NCBI GenBank assembly: GCA_963693365.1
Contig: CAVNZM010000007.1
Coordinates: forward strand, 9,855,962-9,919,961
Direction of reading: 5' to 3'
Origin: Amoebidium appalachense
Taxonomy: Eukaryota > Protista > Ichthyosporea
DNA length: 64,000 bases
In this document: piece by piece, positions 12,530-26,520 of the stretch
How the letters are laid out: the number at the start of each line of letters is the position of its first letter
Numbering within the stretch: position 1 is the first letter of the stretch
Notes under the pieces: generated by a model
What the model saw: only the letters and a program-made list of their open reading frames with translations
What the model was told of the DNA's origin: nothing
Database searches by the model: none
Translations under genes and position numbers: made by a program

Positions 12530-14317
12530 CGGTGCACTCAGTGCCCACCGCCTTGCCGCTGTGCACTTGAGTGCACGGTCACTGAGCTTGTTTATTCACT
12601 CCGAGGGGGGGGCCGGGGGTGGGGTGGGGTGGGATTCCGAAGGGACTCGGGGAAGGAGGGAGGCAGCGGAGAGGTGTGTGTGTGGGGGGGGGGGTTCAAT
12701 TTGAAAGTTACTTGCTGACTACTATCATTGATCAAGTTGGCGCATTAACACTGCCAGTGGCTGTGACACCGCTGTGAGCTGAAGGCATTGCCAAAAAATC
12801 CGAGTCAATGCTACGGTATTAGTAATCATCATCGATGGGATTCCGGGTTTCAGCATACAGAAGTTGCCGCCGGACAGTTTAAGAAACCCCAAAATTTTGG
12901 TCACTGCACCGTGCCGATCGAATATAATATTTTTAACTTTTTGGGGCCACCTGGCCGGCGCCGTCCGTATAGACATTTTTTCGGAGATCACTTAAGTTTG
13001 TTGCTTAGCGCTAAAAAAAAAAAAACATGAACTTCTACTTAGTCTAAGTATTAAAGCGGGTTTTGTAGTGATACTATCCACTGGGGCAAGCGGCGTCAGA
13101 AGAGTCTGACTTAGTTCATTTGAAATTGCCAGCCCGGTGCGATGCCACCAGGGGGAGCCTACGAATTTAGAACTTAGCTGGCGCATTTGATTGGTCAACT
13201 TAGATAGACAGTCCAACATTTCGTCTCGGCTCCTACAAAGGCCGTGTGCATTACAGTAAACAGTAAGTAACCGGGCCGTTTTACTTAATGAAAGTTTCAA
13301 ACTGGCTATGATAGTTGTATGTAGCAAAACTTGGTATCAAAATTCAGTAAAGCCTTTTTGTTTTCCGAGTATGTATTTTATATTAAGCTTGTATGGGGTT
13401 CTGACAGCCTGAGCGGCTGAAATATAATTGAAATGATTGAGCTCAACCTGTTGCAACGCGCCGGGGCCACACCCTGCCGGGGGGGGAGGGGGGAGGGGGG
13501 GGGGGGGGGGGGGGGAGGACGTGGGGTAGTGGGGCCGGGGGAGGGGTGAAAGGAGGGTAGGGGAGAGTCCCGGGGTTAGAAGGAGGGGGTCCCGAGGGGG
13601 CCGGGAGGCGGGGGGAGGGGGGAGGGGGGGAGGGAGGGGGGAGTGTCCAGGGGGAGAGCGCCGCGGGGGGAAGGGTGACTCGGGGAGAGAGGGAGACAGC
13701 GGGGAGGCAGGGGTGGCCGGGGAGGGGGGAGGACCCGGGGAGCTGGTGGGGAGGGTTGATCAACGGTTACTTACTGCCAGCCATTGATGATAATATTATT
13801 GGGGCACGCGGCGTGTGCAAATTGAACACTGTGCTGCGCAGGCGACTTATTAGGGATTCTTGGTTTTGAAACGGGGGAGGGGGGTAGTAGTAACTTTTGG
13901 GGGGGGGGGGGGGGGGGGGGACTCACTTCCCACTAGCAGGGGGGGGGGGGGGGGGGGGGGGGGACCTATTACCCACCTGAGCAGGGTGGGTCTCCCCCCG
14001 GCCCCCCTGGGGGGGGAGGGGGGGGGGGACCCACCCACCCCTAAGGCTGACATCGGAAAGTTTAATAATATACCAGATAACCTGATCACATAATTATGAT
14101 TTACCAAAAAAATCACTATAATTAACAGCTATTTACATGCAATGCCAAAACGTGAACATTGAGGCTAACTAATAGCCTAAGGATTCCTAGATCACTTGCA
14201 AATCAGGCTATATGTCATAGTTTACGGTCATACTCCCCTCCTCCTAACCCCCCTCCTCCCCCCCCTCCCCCCCCCCCCCCCCTCCGGGGGGCACGAACGG
14301 GTGGGAAGAGTGCCACG

Positions 14318-14377
<60 letters not shown>

Positions 14378-14473
14378 TCTGTGTGTGTGTGACCGTCTGA
14401 CATGTGTGCGCGAGTCAGTGTGTGTGTGTGTGTGTGCGTCTATACGCGCACGCACCTGCGCGCACACGCGTTT

Positions 14474-14546
<73 letters not shown>

Positions 14547-14615
14547 ACACTGTGTGTGCGTGTGTGTGCGTGTGCGTGTGTGCGTGTATGCGCGCGCGCA
14601 CGCACACGCGCGTTT

Positions 14616-14660
<45 letters not shown>

Positions 14661-16161
14661 TGTGTGTCAGTGTGTGTGTGTGTGTGTCTGTGTCTGTGTG
14701 TGTGTGTCACGGTGACACTATGTGTGTACATACATGACTGTGTGTGTGTGCGCGCGCGTGTGCGTGCCAGTGCGTTGCGGCATGTACAGCCGCGCATGCG
14801 TGCGCGTGTGTGTTCATGTATGGGTGCGCGAGCGCGTGTGACTGTGTGGCCCAAGTGTGTGTGTGTGCACGTGAGTGTGTGTGAATGTGGGGGCCCGGGG
14901 GGGAAGGGAAGAGGAGGGGGATGTGTATTAGTGGCCAAAACGAATACCGTCTTTGGTGGGTGGAAACTTCGAATTCGGAGACTCTTTAATATCATAAGCC
15001 TTTAGGATCACGCGCATGCAGGGGGGAAGGGGGGGGGGGGGGGGGGGGGGGGGGGGACCCACCACCCCACTCGGCCAGGTGGTCCCTGCCCCCCCGGAGG
15101 GGGGGGGGGGGGGGGGGGGGGGGAGGGACACACCCACCCCTGCGGCTACCCTGAGGAGGGGGTGGGTCCCCCCTCCCCCCCCCCCCCTCCGGGGGGGGAG
15201 GGGGGTACCACTAGCGGGGACGTCGATATTTACTACTCTCCCCCCCCCCCCCACTTTCAAATTCAAAAATCCCTTAGCCGAAGGCATTGCCAAAAAATCA
15301 CATTCAATGCCAATGATTTCGGCATACATATTATCATGATTAGGCCTCCTTTTTCCGCCCACCAATTATAGAACCCCCCCAAAATTTTGGTCACTGCAGT
15401 GCCGATCGGTATCATGTTTTGGGGTTTACACACTTTTTATTGCGTGGCCATGTTTTTAGACTCGGCAGCCGGCCCTTTCCGATTGTTCTCACTGAGTTGG
15501 CTGTCGCAACGGGCCATGCCCCCGTGGGGGGGGGGGGGGGGGGGGGGGGGGAGGGGGGTCGAGGAGAGGGGTAGGGGTCACTCCGACCGGGGCTAGGAGG
15601 AGGCCCTTTGGCGGGGCCCCTGAAGGGGGAAGAGGGGGGGGGGGGGGAGAGGGGGGCCCGGCCAGGCTGCCGCGGGTGCCCAGGGTGGGGGAAGGGGGGC
15701 AGGTGGGGCTTCTCAGAATGTGCAGGAGGAGAATTAAAGGTGGGGAGGGCCCCCCCGGGGAGGGGAGGGGGGGGAACTCGGGGAGGGAGGGAGGCGGCGG
15801 GGAGGGGGGGGGGGGGGGGGGGGAGGGGGGGCGGGGGGAGGGGGGGGAGGGGGGGTTCAAGTACTAATTACGGCCAGCTATTAATGATACTGGCGCATAA
15901 ACACCGTGCTGCCCATGGCTGATTAGCTGATGCGGCATTGCCAAAAATCACGTTCAATGCTTATAATTTCGGCATACATAGGGGGGGCCACCGCCAGCCA
16001 ACTAAAACCCCCCCAAAAATATTGGTTACTGTCAGACTCACTGTGGTGCCGATCGGGATATCACGTTTTTAACTTTTTTGGGCACGGCGCTTAAGAAATT
16101 CCGATTGACACAGAGCCTCAGTTGCCTATCGCAACGGGCCACTGACACCCACCGGGGGGGA

Positions 16162-16201
<40 letters not shown>

Positions 16202-16800
16202 CGTAGGCCCACTGAGTGTTGCGGGGGGATGGTCGACTGAGGAGGAGGGTAAGGGAGAGTCCGGGGCTTGAAGAAGGGGGCCCCCGGGGGGAAGGGAAGG
16301 AGGGGCCCGAAGGGGGGGGGGGGGGGGGGGGGGGGTCGGACTGCCGCGTGTGCCCCAGTCCGGGAGGGGGGAGTAGGGTTAACGGGCCTTTAAGATGTGC
16401 AGGCGAGAGGGGCCCCGGCCGGAGGACGGTGGGGAGGGGGAGGGGAGGGGGAGGGGGGAGGGATGGGGGACTCGGGGAGGGAGGGAGGCGGTGGGGAGGC
16501 AATGATCATGCCAAGACTTGACGATCATCACCGTGTCAACAGAATGATTTGAAATTCGGCATACTATAATACACTGTTCGCCGCGCAGCCCGCCAATTAA
16601 AGACCCCCCCCCCCCCCCCCCCCCCCCCGGCCCCCCCCCAAGCCGCGGCATCGGGCCATGCCTTCGGGGAAGAGGGGGAGGGGGGGAAGGGAGGGGAGAA
16701 TGGGGAGGCCAGGGACTCGACTCCGAGCGGAGAGGGTTTCAAACGCATGATGATTCGCCACTTGAAGAATCATTCCCAGAATCTGGCGGCACGGTGCAGC
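12530..16800. repeat. Degenerate long-unit (~650 bp) tandem repeat interrupted by G-runs and (TG)n
   Basis: GGCATTGCCAAAAA(A)TC..TCAATGC recurs at ~12784, ~15284, ~15935. TTGG(T/TT)(C)ACTG..GTGCCGATCG recurs at ~12897, ~15386, ~16022-16055. GGAGGGTA(G/A)GGGAGAGTCC(C)GGGG recurs at ~13552 and ~16243. Confidence 0.6.
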
Positions 16801-17088
16801 GTGATGTCACAGGGCCTAAAAAACCCCCGTTTGACTGCATGCCATGCACTCAGGATGGAGTGTTCCGATGGTGCATGATCAGTCAGTGTATTAGCCTAAG
16901 TAAGAACCCTCCTCCCCCTCCCCTCCCCCCCCCCCCCCCCCCACCCCCCTCCCCCCCACCCACCCACACCCCCCCCCCCCCCCCGGCCCCCACTTGCACA
17001 CACACGGCGCGTGAGCGCACATACACACACACACACACAGACACACACGTACACAATGTCATGCAAGCCACACACACACACACACAGT

Positions 17089-17119
<31 letters not shown>

Positions 17120-18359
17120 TTTTTCTGCCCACCGGTGGGCCATAATATATAGTTGACCGAACGATTTACTCGAGCTCGGTGCTATCGGAGTCTTCCCGTT
17201 GAACTATCGCCGCCTATTAGTCAAGATTTAACACCAACCGGATCCCCGGGAACTGGGCCGTGACAAACTTTACCATGCGCAGTAGGTTTATGATCACAGT
17301 TAGGACACCAAGAAGGCCTTTGAGGTACTAGTATGAGAACACATCGGCCTGCACCGTAAATGAGCAATCATGACATGTATAGTAGTATTTACGTACTACA
17401 TAGGCTAATAAATCCGCCTGTGTGCTTTGAAAGCCTTTTGAGTACATTATTGAATGTCCAAACGTAGTACAGCAGTATATGTACAGGTCGGCGGTGCTTC
17501 TGAGGTTACGGTCTTAGAGTACAAACAGCCAAGTTGAACACCGAATCAGATGGATCTGCCGCTAACTACTATGAATCATGGGAACATCTCAGACTAAGTA
17601 AAGTTACTTCAAATCATACTCAAAATTGACTCAAAGTTCTCGCGATGATAACAGTATACTACTATGAGTGGCATCTGATTACCCAATCCATTCTATTGTA
17701 GAAGGGCCTGCCACTAGTCGACGGGATGGGAACTTTGTAACACTATACTGTAGGTATGAACCGGCACTCTACGGTCCGGGCTCAACACAAACTCCACACA
17801 CTAGTTGAATAGTAAAACAAAAAAAATGTTAACAAGCCTTGCATGGTATCGATTCATTTGGCTTTACTAACGGATAACTTATTAATAATAATATCAATAA
17901 TATACATTAGGACCTACGAGTCAAAACCATCATACTATGAAGAGCCACCTTCGAACCGTGAAACGTTAAAATTCCTCTGGCCTGGGGACCAGCTGACACT
18001 ACTGAGTACTAAGTTTCGCAATGAGCCCCGGGGTTAATAACATCAGTCTACCGACGGGACTGTGATGTGTGTGAGTGTGTGTATGTGCGTGTCTGTGCCA
18101 TGACGTGTGTGTGTGTGTGTGTGTGTGCGTGCGTGTTTGTGTGTGTTTGTGTGTGTGTGTGTTGCAAGCCGATGCCAGTTGCCAGAGGAAGTTGAATATC
18201 AAGTTGCCAAGCAGCGGCTCTAAGTCAGCAGGTGGAAGCCTGTTCCGCCAACCCCTAACCGTTCACCTTGGACTCTGAGTGGCGGGCATACTATGGTGAA
18301 ACACCACTGGCCGCCGTTGAAGCTCAAGTGTCTCGAGTCAGTGGCGGCCTAGTCCGAAG

Positions 18360-18982
18360 TCACTCTTGTGGTTTGCCGGGCTCGGCCTTAACCGCGCCCG
18401 AAGCAGCCAGGGCATCGGCAATGTAGGCCTTAAACCACGACTGGGCCGTGCCGTTGCTGATCTGCTCCCTCTTGGGCCCACTCTTGCTGTGCTCCTCCTG
18501 CCACTGGTTGAACTGTGTGCGCAGCGAATCCGGCCCATTGCCCTGCAACCCCACAGCATGCAGTTTTAGGCCCATGCTCATGCGATCATTGTGACGGCAT
18601 AACAATTTCAGTAGCGCACGAGGTTTTATGATGCCACGCAAGTCAGCCTGTATGACTCCAATTTATGATTTCTCTGTGTAACTACAGAAACTCGGAGTCT
18701 AACATGTACAGTATATGTAACCCAGCTTGAGACGCCTCATTAAGGATCACCGGCCATGGCCAAATAATGCATTGTGCGGCATAGAAAACTTTCCATTTCA
18801 CCCATTGCCGCCAAAGTCGGTGACTCAATTTGATACTGACACAGTCACCGTGCCCGAAGAAAAACACATCAAGCCTTTTAGGTCAGCGCTTCAATAGTGC
18901 AGAACTTGAAAGGGGGCTGAATCTCACCACACGAGCTGCAGTGCAACGAAAACATGCACGTTTAGGGGTTTTTTTTTTTTTT

Positions 18983-19013
<31 letters not shown>

Positions 19014-21034
19014 GGGGGAAGGGGAGTTGAACACGAAAGTCTAATGCGGCCTAATTAAATCAAGCCTCGGTGAGAGAGAAAAGTGAATAATTGTGCAGGA
19101 CACACACCTGCACACATCTCCATGGTGGCATGGGCGGGGACCCGGCCTTGTTCTTTGGGCCGTGGATGTCCCAGTGCAGGCGGATGAACTCCACAAACTG
19201 CTGCCGGGTCTGCGGCTTCTTGGCGTTGTTACTGGGCCGCCCCTTCAGCCCGTGCTCCTTTTTGACCCCATGGTCCTGTGCCTTGCCATCGCCAGCCCCG
19301 TGCCAGGGGGGGATGGCCTGCTTGGGCGGTGCCGTGGGGGAGTGGCTGTCTGCCTGCCCATAAAACGCCCTGCGGGGAGAGTAAACCTTGTTAGAACGTC
19401 AAGATTCAATGGAGCGATTTCAACACATCAAATCCTCTATCGGCCCCATTGTGTTCGAATTATGGTGTCAGGTCAAGTAATGGTTGGTCCCTGGAAAGCT
19501 AACTTGGGTCACTGGTCAGGAAAACTAGTGCGTCCTTCTAAGGTTATTATCTCTTGCATGCACTTGCAGTAGCCTAGACGACTGAAAAGTGTGACACCTG
19601 GTCCACGGCATACCATATGCTATTGCTAGCATACCATGTAACACCGACCACCACACAGCCTTACCATCGCTCCAGCCAAATAACGCCTGCTTGGTTCGCT
19701 GTCGGAGTTCCTTCCCGTGGGTATCTCTTAGGCGCAGCAACCGTGTCCTGTGCCACACTCCTCCACTCCCCCTGGTCCCATCCTCCCACCCTTTCCTCTG
19801 TGTATTCATCCGAACCCTCGTTCAGGTGCTCTCGCTTGACCGGCTGATAGGTCAGACTATCGGCCGTCTGTCCCACGCTGCCGCTGCGTGTGTGGCCCAC
19901 ACAGTGATGGCTGCTGTTGTCCTGCTCCTCCCTCGCCAGCACCTGGTGTAGTGGGCCTGGTCTGTTAAAGCTGCTGTTGAACCCGTCGTATACACGAGAA
20001 TAGGACGCCCGTCGGCGCAAGGCGTGCTCCTGGAAATGTGCCAGTGCCCCGGTGGGTGAGGTGGGCCGTGACCGGCTGGCCTGGTCACGGTCCTCCCGCC
20101 CCTCTCCCCTCGCATACGGGCTGTAGCGTACCCCATATACCGGGCCCCCGTATCCGTGCCGGCAAGAGGCTTCTGCGTGCATACGGTCTTGGGCCATACA
20201 GTTGTTGGACAGTGAGCACTTGTGGAGGTCGTGGCCCAGACTGTTCGTATGCCAGTCAGCCCGGTCCGCTTCGCAAGCCGCGGCAGCAACAATCGCGTGC
20301 TCAGCAGCAGGCTGGCAGCCGTAGTTGTGTGGGCCCAAGTAGGGGGAGTGGTCGCTGCTGCCCGTGTCACAGTGTGAGCTGCGAGGGGACGACCCTACCC
20401 CACGGTGGCCCAGCGCGCGCAACGGAAAACCGTCGTAACTGCGGCTCCGCCCTGCCCAGAAGGGCTCCCCACCGTCCTGTGTCTGGGTCTCCCTTGGCGG
20501 CTGGTAAGCGTGCTGCCGGCCGCAATCGTGCACGCGCCAGGCTAAGGGCTCCTCGATGCCCTCCGCTCTGGCCCGAGCCGGGTCGTTTGCCTCGTGATAC
20601 CCCACCTCCCGGTCCCGTTCCTGCACAGAGTACCAGTGAGTGTGTGGCTCTCGCTCAACCAGTGTGCAGCTGTCCAACTCGGCTGGGTGTCGGTGGGAAG
20701 CATCCCAGGCTGGTGTTTCGTAGCAGGGCAAAAACTCGTTGCTAACCCTTGTGCTTGTGGACTCATGCACTGCAAAGAAACCGTTTCTCATCTCTGACAC
20801 CGTGTGAACGTTACAACAGTCGGCCGCAACCACAACCCGTTCCCGTTGCGACGGCACTGTAGCTGCGCGTGGGCGGGACCGTGTGAAACCGTTGCTAGGA
20901 AAATTGCTGGTGTGTTTGCTCGGCGCAGCCATCGTCAAAGTAGCCGGTTGGCGTTCAGGGCTGGGGTACCACCTACGGCTCTGGCTCGCTGCACCCAATT
21001 CCGACACAACAGGAAAGCCTACGGCTGCACTCAT
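18360..21034 (-). CDS. Hypothetical protein, 3 exons; long disordered N-terminus and compact helical C-terminal domain
   Basis: Exons 21034-19665, 19369-19108 and 18542-18360 are joined by GT-AG introns (GTAAGG, GTGTGT donors) with consistent phases. Non-repetitive, GC-rich coding sequence; no family recognised. Confidence 0.7.
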
Positions 21035-22927
21035 GTTGTGCACGGACGCACTGGCACAAGTCGACTAATGAGCCAGACGGTATTATTTGGAGCTCAGTAC
21101 CGTCTATCCTCAGCTAGACCGTGTCACTGACAGGTAGTAGCCTATAGGTAAGGTGGGCCGTGTAACCTACCGTTAGTAAGTCTGGCCCAGTACTAGTAGC
21201 AGCTAACGGTATGATGATTTAAAAGCCACAGAGTTGAAACAGTGTTGTGTGGCTGAAGAGTCTACTAAACATCTGCACGGTGACAAGATCATCCCGTAAA
21301 ATTTGCCAGTGTGTACAGTTCGGACCTATAGTATTTTAAAGCTTCTAGTGAACATTCAAAGTCACGTCCATGCTTGAAGGCCTTTGAGCCTCCGAGTGGC
21401 ATATAATCATTAGTAAGTCACTTTGTGGTTTAGTAAGTCACTTTGTGGTTCAATGCGTGGCTTGGAAAGCGGCTCAGCCGGACCTCACGGAAAACAGCTC
21501 CAACTGACAAAAGAAAGTCAAAACTCACTAAGGGTTATTGTGAACAGAGTTTCCAGCAAATTTGAAAGGTGTTCTTGAGGGCTAAAATGTTGGCTTGTAA
21601 TGGCTACATCCAACAAACCTAAGAAAAAACTTCACATGCATGTGTGCGTGTATCACGAGTCGCTGCCGATTCTTATATCACACACTGAGGCTTGCCGTGC
21701 GTGCACCGCCGGTCACAAGTTCTCAGCCATTCTGACGGAAGTCATTCATGATCAGGCAATCGAAGCTTCGAGCCGCTGCGCGGTGCGTGAGATAGATGCG
21801 TCCCCCTTGATCAATGCCTTTACGCGCGTGACTTCCAAACCTCTTGCGCTTTGAAAAATCTCCGAACTAAAAATGCTGCCACATTCAATATTTCTAATAA
21901 AAAAGGTGATTATTTACTGTGTGCTACCATTACTTCTTTAGTAAATGTCGGTGGTGTGTCACTGAGGCTGCTTCACGAGCAGCTGTGCTGCTACAATGTA
22001 GACTGAGATGACCGTCGTCAGTGAGCCTCGGCTGCATTCAACTGGTTAGTTCGTCCACCAATCAAATCGTCCCCGCTCTGCGGGAACATTTAGCAGGAAA
22101 CTCGTGGGGACGCCCAGAATTAAAGGTTGTGTTACAACTTGTGTATAAGGGTATTTTGTACAGATAATGCATCCGGTGTCTATGCAAGATGATGTTTTTT
22201 CGCCTGCCCATGTTCAACACACCCACAGTGAACGCTCATGGCAGCAGCCACCAAGGTCGGATGGAATCCACGGTTATTGCGGAATGCCATACCGCACATG
22301 CATGCCATTGCCACCAGAAATAATTGCTGGACTAGCATGAATGTAGTTTGATCAATGATCAGATATCGGAATGAACGTTCTTCCAATCATCGGGCGATGT
22401 CTCTTGACTCGTGTGGCCAGTGGCCCAGAAGCAGCGGGACCGCCGGGATCGCGGATAGTATAGACTTGTGTTGTGCTTCTTTGTTATGTTGTGTTTTCAG
22501 CAACTGCAGTCATACCGGTTTTCTTTTTTGTGGCGTTTCATTCTTGGAAATACTGCATGTGTTCAGGCTGTCCCGTACGTGACGTGGCAGCTTTGTACCT
22601 TTATAAAAAAACTTGACTGTCTTATAGTGAGCACCTAACCAATGACAATTGACGGAGTCATCATGTGTAATGATCATCATCTTCAACATGCGTCTACAGA
22701 AACTGCGGCAGCGTACTTCGAAATCAACCGGATTCATATCCAAGCCAAGCATCTCCTCCTTGCTCGACCCCCAGCAATTTATCAAGGAATTTCAAACTTA
22801 TGTTCTGTAAAAGCCACACCCATGGACTTAAAGTCAAAAAGAAGAATGACGATTTGTAACAAACCCATATTTTCAAACATGTATGTACAGTACCAATGCC
22901 AAAATGAAGCCGTAATTTTTTCTCTAT

Positions 22928-23440
22928 ATGACGCGCGTTGCGCTTGTTATTCCCGATACGAGGATCACACGCCTAAATTCCTTGGTTTTATACAATTATA
23001 CTCTACGTGTTGAGTCCCTTCCGGTGTTAGGACCGCAAAAACACCAACTACTAGTAGCCTATATGGCGGATACGGTTAGAGAGTCTCGTTCATACATAGA
23101 TTCGTTTATTCGTAATGTGGTGTGGTGTAAAAACGCAAAGATGATTATGGCTTGGCGGTGTAATCGGTTTCTGGTGTCTCCTGCTCGTATGTGTAATATG
23201 TGTGGGGGGCGGTTTACTCGCGGCCGCATATCTATCAATAAATGCAACCTGTTAGCTAATGTATTAGAACCGGAGGTTATTGGCGGTTTTATTCTCTTTT
23301 CTTCGGCCTCTCTTCCTCAATATATCCGTTTTAAGATGACTATCCTAGATCACCTTATTAATGCTGCACAGTATGATATTGTGATCCGGTGCCTTAACTT
23401 TCTTTCGGAGCTACCGATGCTAGCATCTGCTTACCCATAA
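22928..23440 (+). CDS. Intronless hypothetical ORF, 170 aa
   Basis: ATG-initiated non-repetitive ORF in an AT-richer segment with one CxxC (CNMC). No homology recognised. Confidence 0.3.
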   Translation: MTRVALVIPDTRITRLNSLVLYNYTLRVESLPVLGPQKHQLLVAYMADTVRESRSYIDSFIRNVVWCKNAKMIMAWRCNRFLVSPARMCNMCGGRFTRGRISINKCNLLANVLEPEVIGGFILFSSASLPQYIRFKMTILDHLINAAQYDIVIRCLNFLSELPMLASAYP

Positions 23441-23990
23441 TATGTAATAGGGGTGTCAGATACTACGATGGCGCTATTGTTGCCTAGCATGTACATATGT
23501 CACTGGCTGCATTTGATTGGCTGTGCTGGAAAACGCAGTAGGCCGTCGAATGTGGCTGGGCCTCCGGCAGTGTCCACGCAATAAAAAGTGTGTAAACCCC
23601 AATTATGATTGGAACGTCCTGTTTGGGAGGTTCACCCCTGAGGCCGTTAATGTTGTAATGACATCAGGCCTTGATGTAAGATATATTTGAGATAAATAAA
23701 AGATACTGGCCAAAATGTTTTGGGATAGATTTATCTGTACGCGCGCGCGCGTGGTCGAGAACGGAGAATCTGTCAAAGGCGTACCTGACCTTGAGCCAAA
23801 CTTTTAGTTCAAGTCTACTTTTAAATTGTTTAAAACAAAGAATAACCTGAAGCGGACCAATCACTGCAACTAAGTAACCATGCACTAAAGGCACCGTGTG
23901 ACGTCACAAAAATGTAGCTCAACAGCGCGTGCGGGCAAACGATGCCAAGCCAAAATATATCGCTTTTAGCTGTGGCCCAAGTTCACTGCG

Positions 23991-24200
23991 CGTGGCTGTG
24001 AAATTAGGGGGTTTAGGGCCAAAAAATTGTCCCTAACTTTTCGAGGTTAGGTCCATCAATTTTTTTTGAAAAATTGGCCCTGACAGGGCCAAATATATTC
24101 GAAAATGGCACCTAAAAACGTTTGTTGGCTCTATTAGGGCCATCCAGGCTGGTGGAAGGCTGCCAAAATGGCACTAGCCTAAAACAAATTTCACACCCTG
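23991..24200. mobile_element. Degenerate MITE-like relic
   Basis: Right end AATTTCACACCCTG is an imperfect inverted match to left end CGTGGCTGTGAAATT. Internal AGGGCCA/AAAATGGC motifs; no clear TSD. Confidence 0.35.
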
Positions 24201-26098
24201 GGTCCCGGCATTCCGACATTTTCACGTACGTGCCCTCAAGCTGTGCTACGCTCTCAGCTCGTGTCACTGGCAGCCTCCTTGGCCAGCAACTGCCAGCAAC
24301 TTGATTTTGGCGTCACGGGAACTTTGAAAGTGCCAAAGTGATGTAATCAGCAGAACGAACAAAGTAATATCAACCTTCGTTCACCGCGACTGGAACCGGT
24401 GGAACGCTATACGCACTATAAGTTGTACTGTGTCATGCCACACAATTTTCCTTCAATAGTGATCAATAAATAATAAAGTAAATGAGACTTCTGGCAAGTT
24501 CACTGGCGGCCCTGCCCTTTGCCACTTACTACTTGAACGTCCCGCGGCCTATAGCTACCGTGAGCGCACAGAGTGCCGCAGTGCGTGGGCCATCATGGGG
24601 TCATGGCAACACAGCTTTTTTTTGCAAGTTCCCGGGCCAATGTTAACATGAGTACTATAGTATGATGGCTTGATAAGTTAGTATCAGCCGCAGGCGAGAA
24701 TACTATTGCTACACGTGCACAATAATGGGCCGTGAACGACATTTCCGGCACTTTTCAATTCACTGGGGCAAACATACGTCACAGTTTTATAAATAAATAC
24801 ATACTCAGTCTGGCGCGGAGCTCCTAGCACTCATCTATTAGAATTACAACGTTGCTGCATTGTGGTAATAAAAATTGTTCAACTTAATTAGTACATATAT
24901 AGGCTAATTGCACTCAGCACAAAGTTACTGTAGGTGAAAATTGGATCTTTTACACATTGCCACTAATCCAGGAACCAGCAAAGTTTCTCCTGGAGCCATA
25001 TCATGACCTCACGTGGACCAACCGCCGCGACGCCACTGAGTGCCACGTGACATAATATACATGCATGTGCATAACATCATTGGCGGAATCCTGCCTCTCA
25101 TGATCACATGTATGATGTGGCACGGCCAGCCGATGGCACAGTGTCACGGACCGTTTTTAGACCCAAATTGATCGTTGGCACACATACGCCGATAACACAT
25201 GTTACATATGTCACCTGCGCATGCGGCCTATGATAAAGGCAGCCGGCAGCGGATCCGATATGACAAGCCACATATTCATGCATAATATATGGCAACGGAC
25301 CCAAGACTTCAGCAGTGAAACTTGTGCCAAGTTGAACTTTCACGTACATGTCATATTATATATTAAACGTACATGTTATCATAGTGCGGCCGTAGTCACT
25401 GTCAGCTGACAATCATATGATAATAAATTGGCAGTTTAATTAAACTTGTTAGGCTGTGACTGCAGGAGCCGGTGAGGGCACATACCGTCACACACGGTGG
25501 CTGACGACTCAAAGTCACTGGTCCATCTTCGTAGCACGGCCAACTAGCTGTCCAGCTGAGCTCCAGAGTCCCACTGCAGTGGCAAGGGAAATGAACATCC
25601 GATGACCGTCCTTTTTCACAATGTGACCGTGCGACGGCCGTGCCAATAACATGTACAAGATGCGACGGCCGTGCCAATAACATGTACAAGATCTAGACAT
25701 CAAGTTATAATGTTATTATTTAAAGTGATTCATCATGATCAAGTTCAGTCCGACGTCACCTTGCTGCAGTGGTCACCGTGGCGTGCACGTGACGAGCCTC
25801 TGGCGCATAAATAATTTTACCGTAAGGCTTGGTCAACTCCCCGGAAGGCCCAGGGTTTCTTGAGTCGACTCACCGTTGTCACCCCTATTATATATGCATT
25901 TTGTTTCAACGGTAGGCCTGGAGATGCCTAGGCCTTGCGGCGGCCCGTGCTGCGCGCGGTGCACAAATGTACACGTGTCCCACAAGTGCGTGCCACCGTG
26001 ACACTAGTACGTACACCGTGGCACACACACACACACACACACACAAGCCTTACACACACACACACATACACGTACATCACACACACACACGCACACAC

Positions 26099-26153
<55 letters not shown>

Positions 26154-26392
26154 CACACACACACACAGTGGTGTCACCATGGCCACACATGCACTCACAC
26201 ATGTCACGGACACACAACCGGCAGTATTGTCACCGGAAAACTGTACACTCAGCAAATTGAATTGCGAATTAAAGCTTTTAGTACGATAACCGAAGCTGCC
26301 TTAACAGGCTTAACCGCAAGTTGAAGAATTATTATGGCTGTATTTGAATTTGCATTAATGTCACGCCCCACGGTCGGCTCAGTACCTAAACT

Positions 26393-26520
<128 letters not shown>

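Noticed and set aside
21410-25692. Short tandem duplications (20 bp at ~21410, 30 bp at ~25630) as CRISPR-like repeats
   Set aside because: Only two adjacent copies each, no spacers and no cas genes; ordinary slippage duplications.
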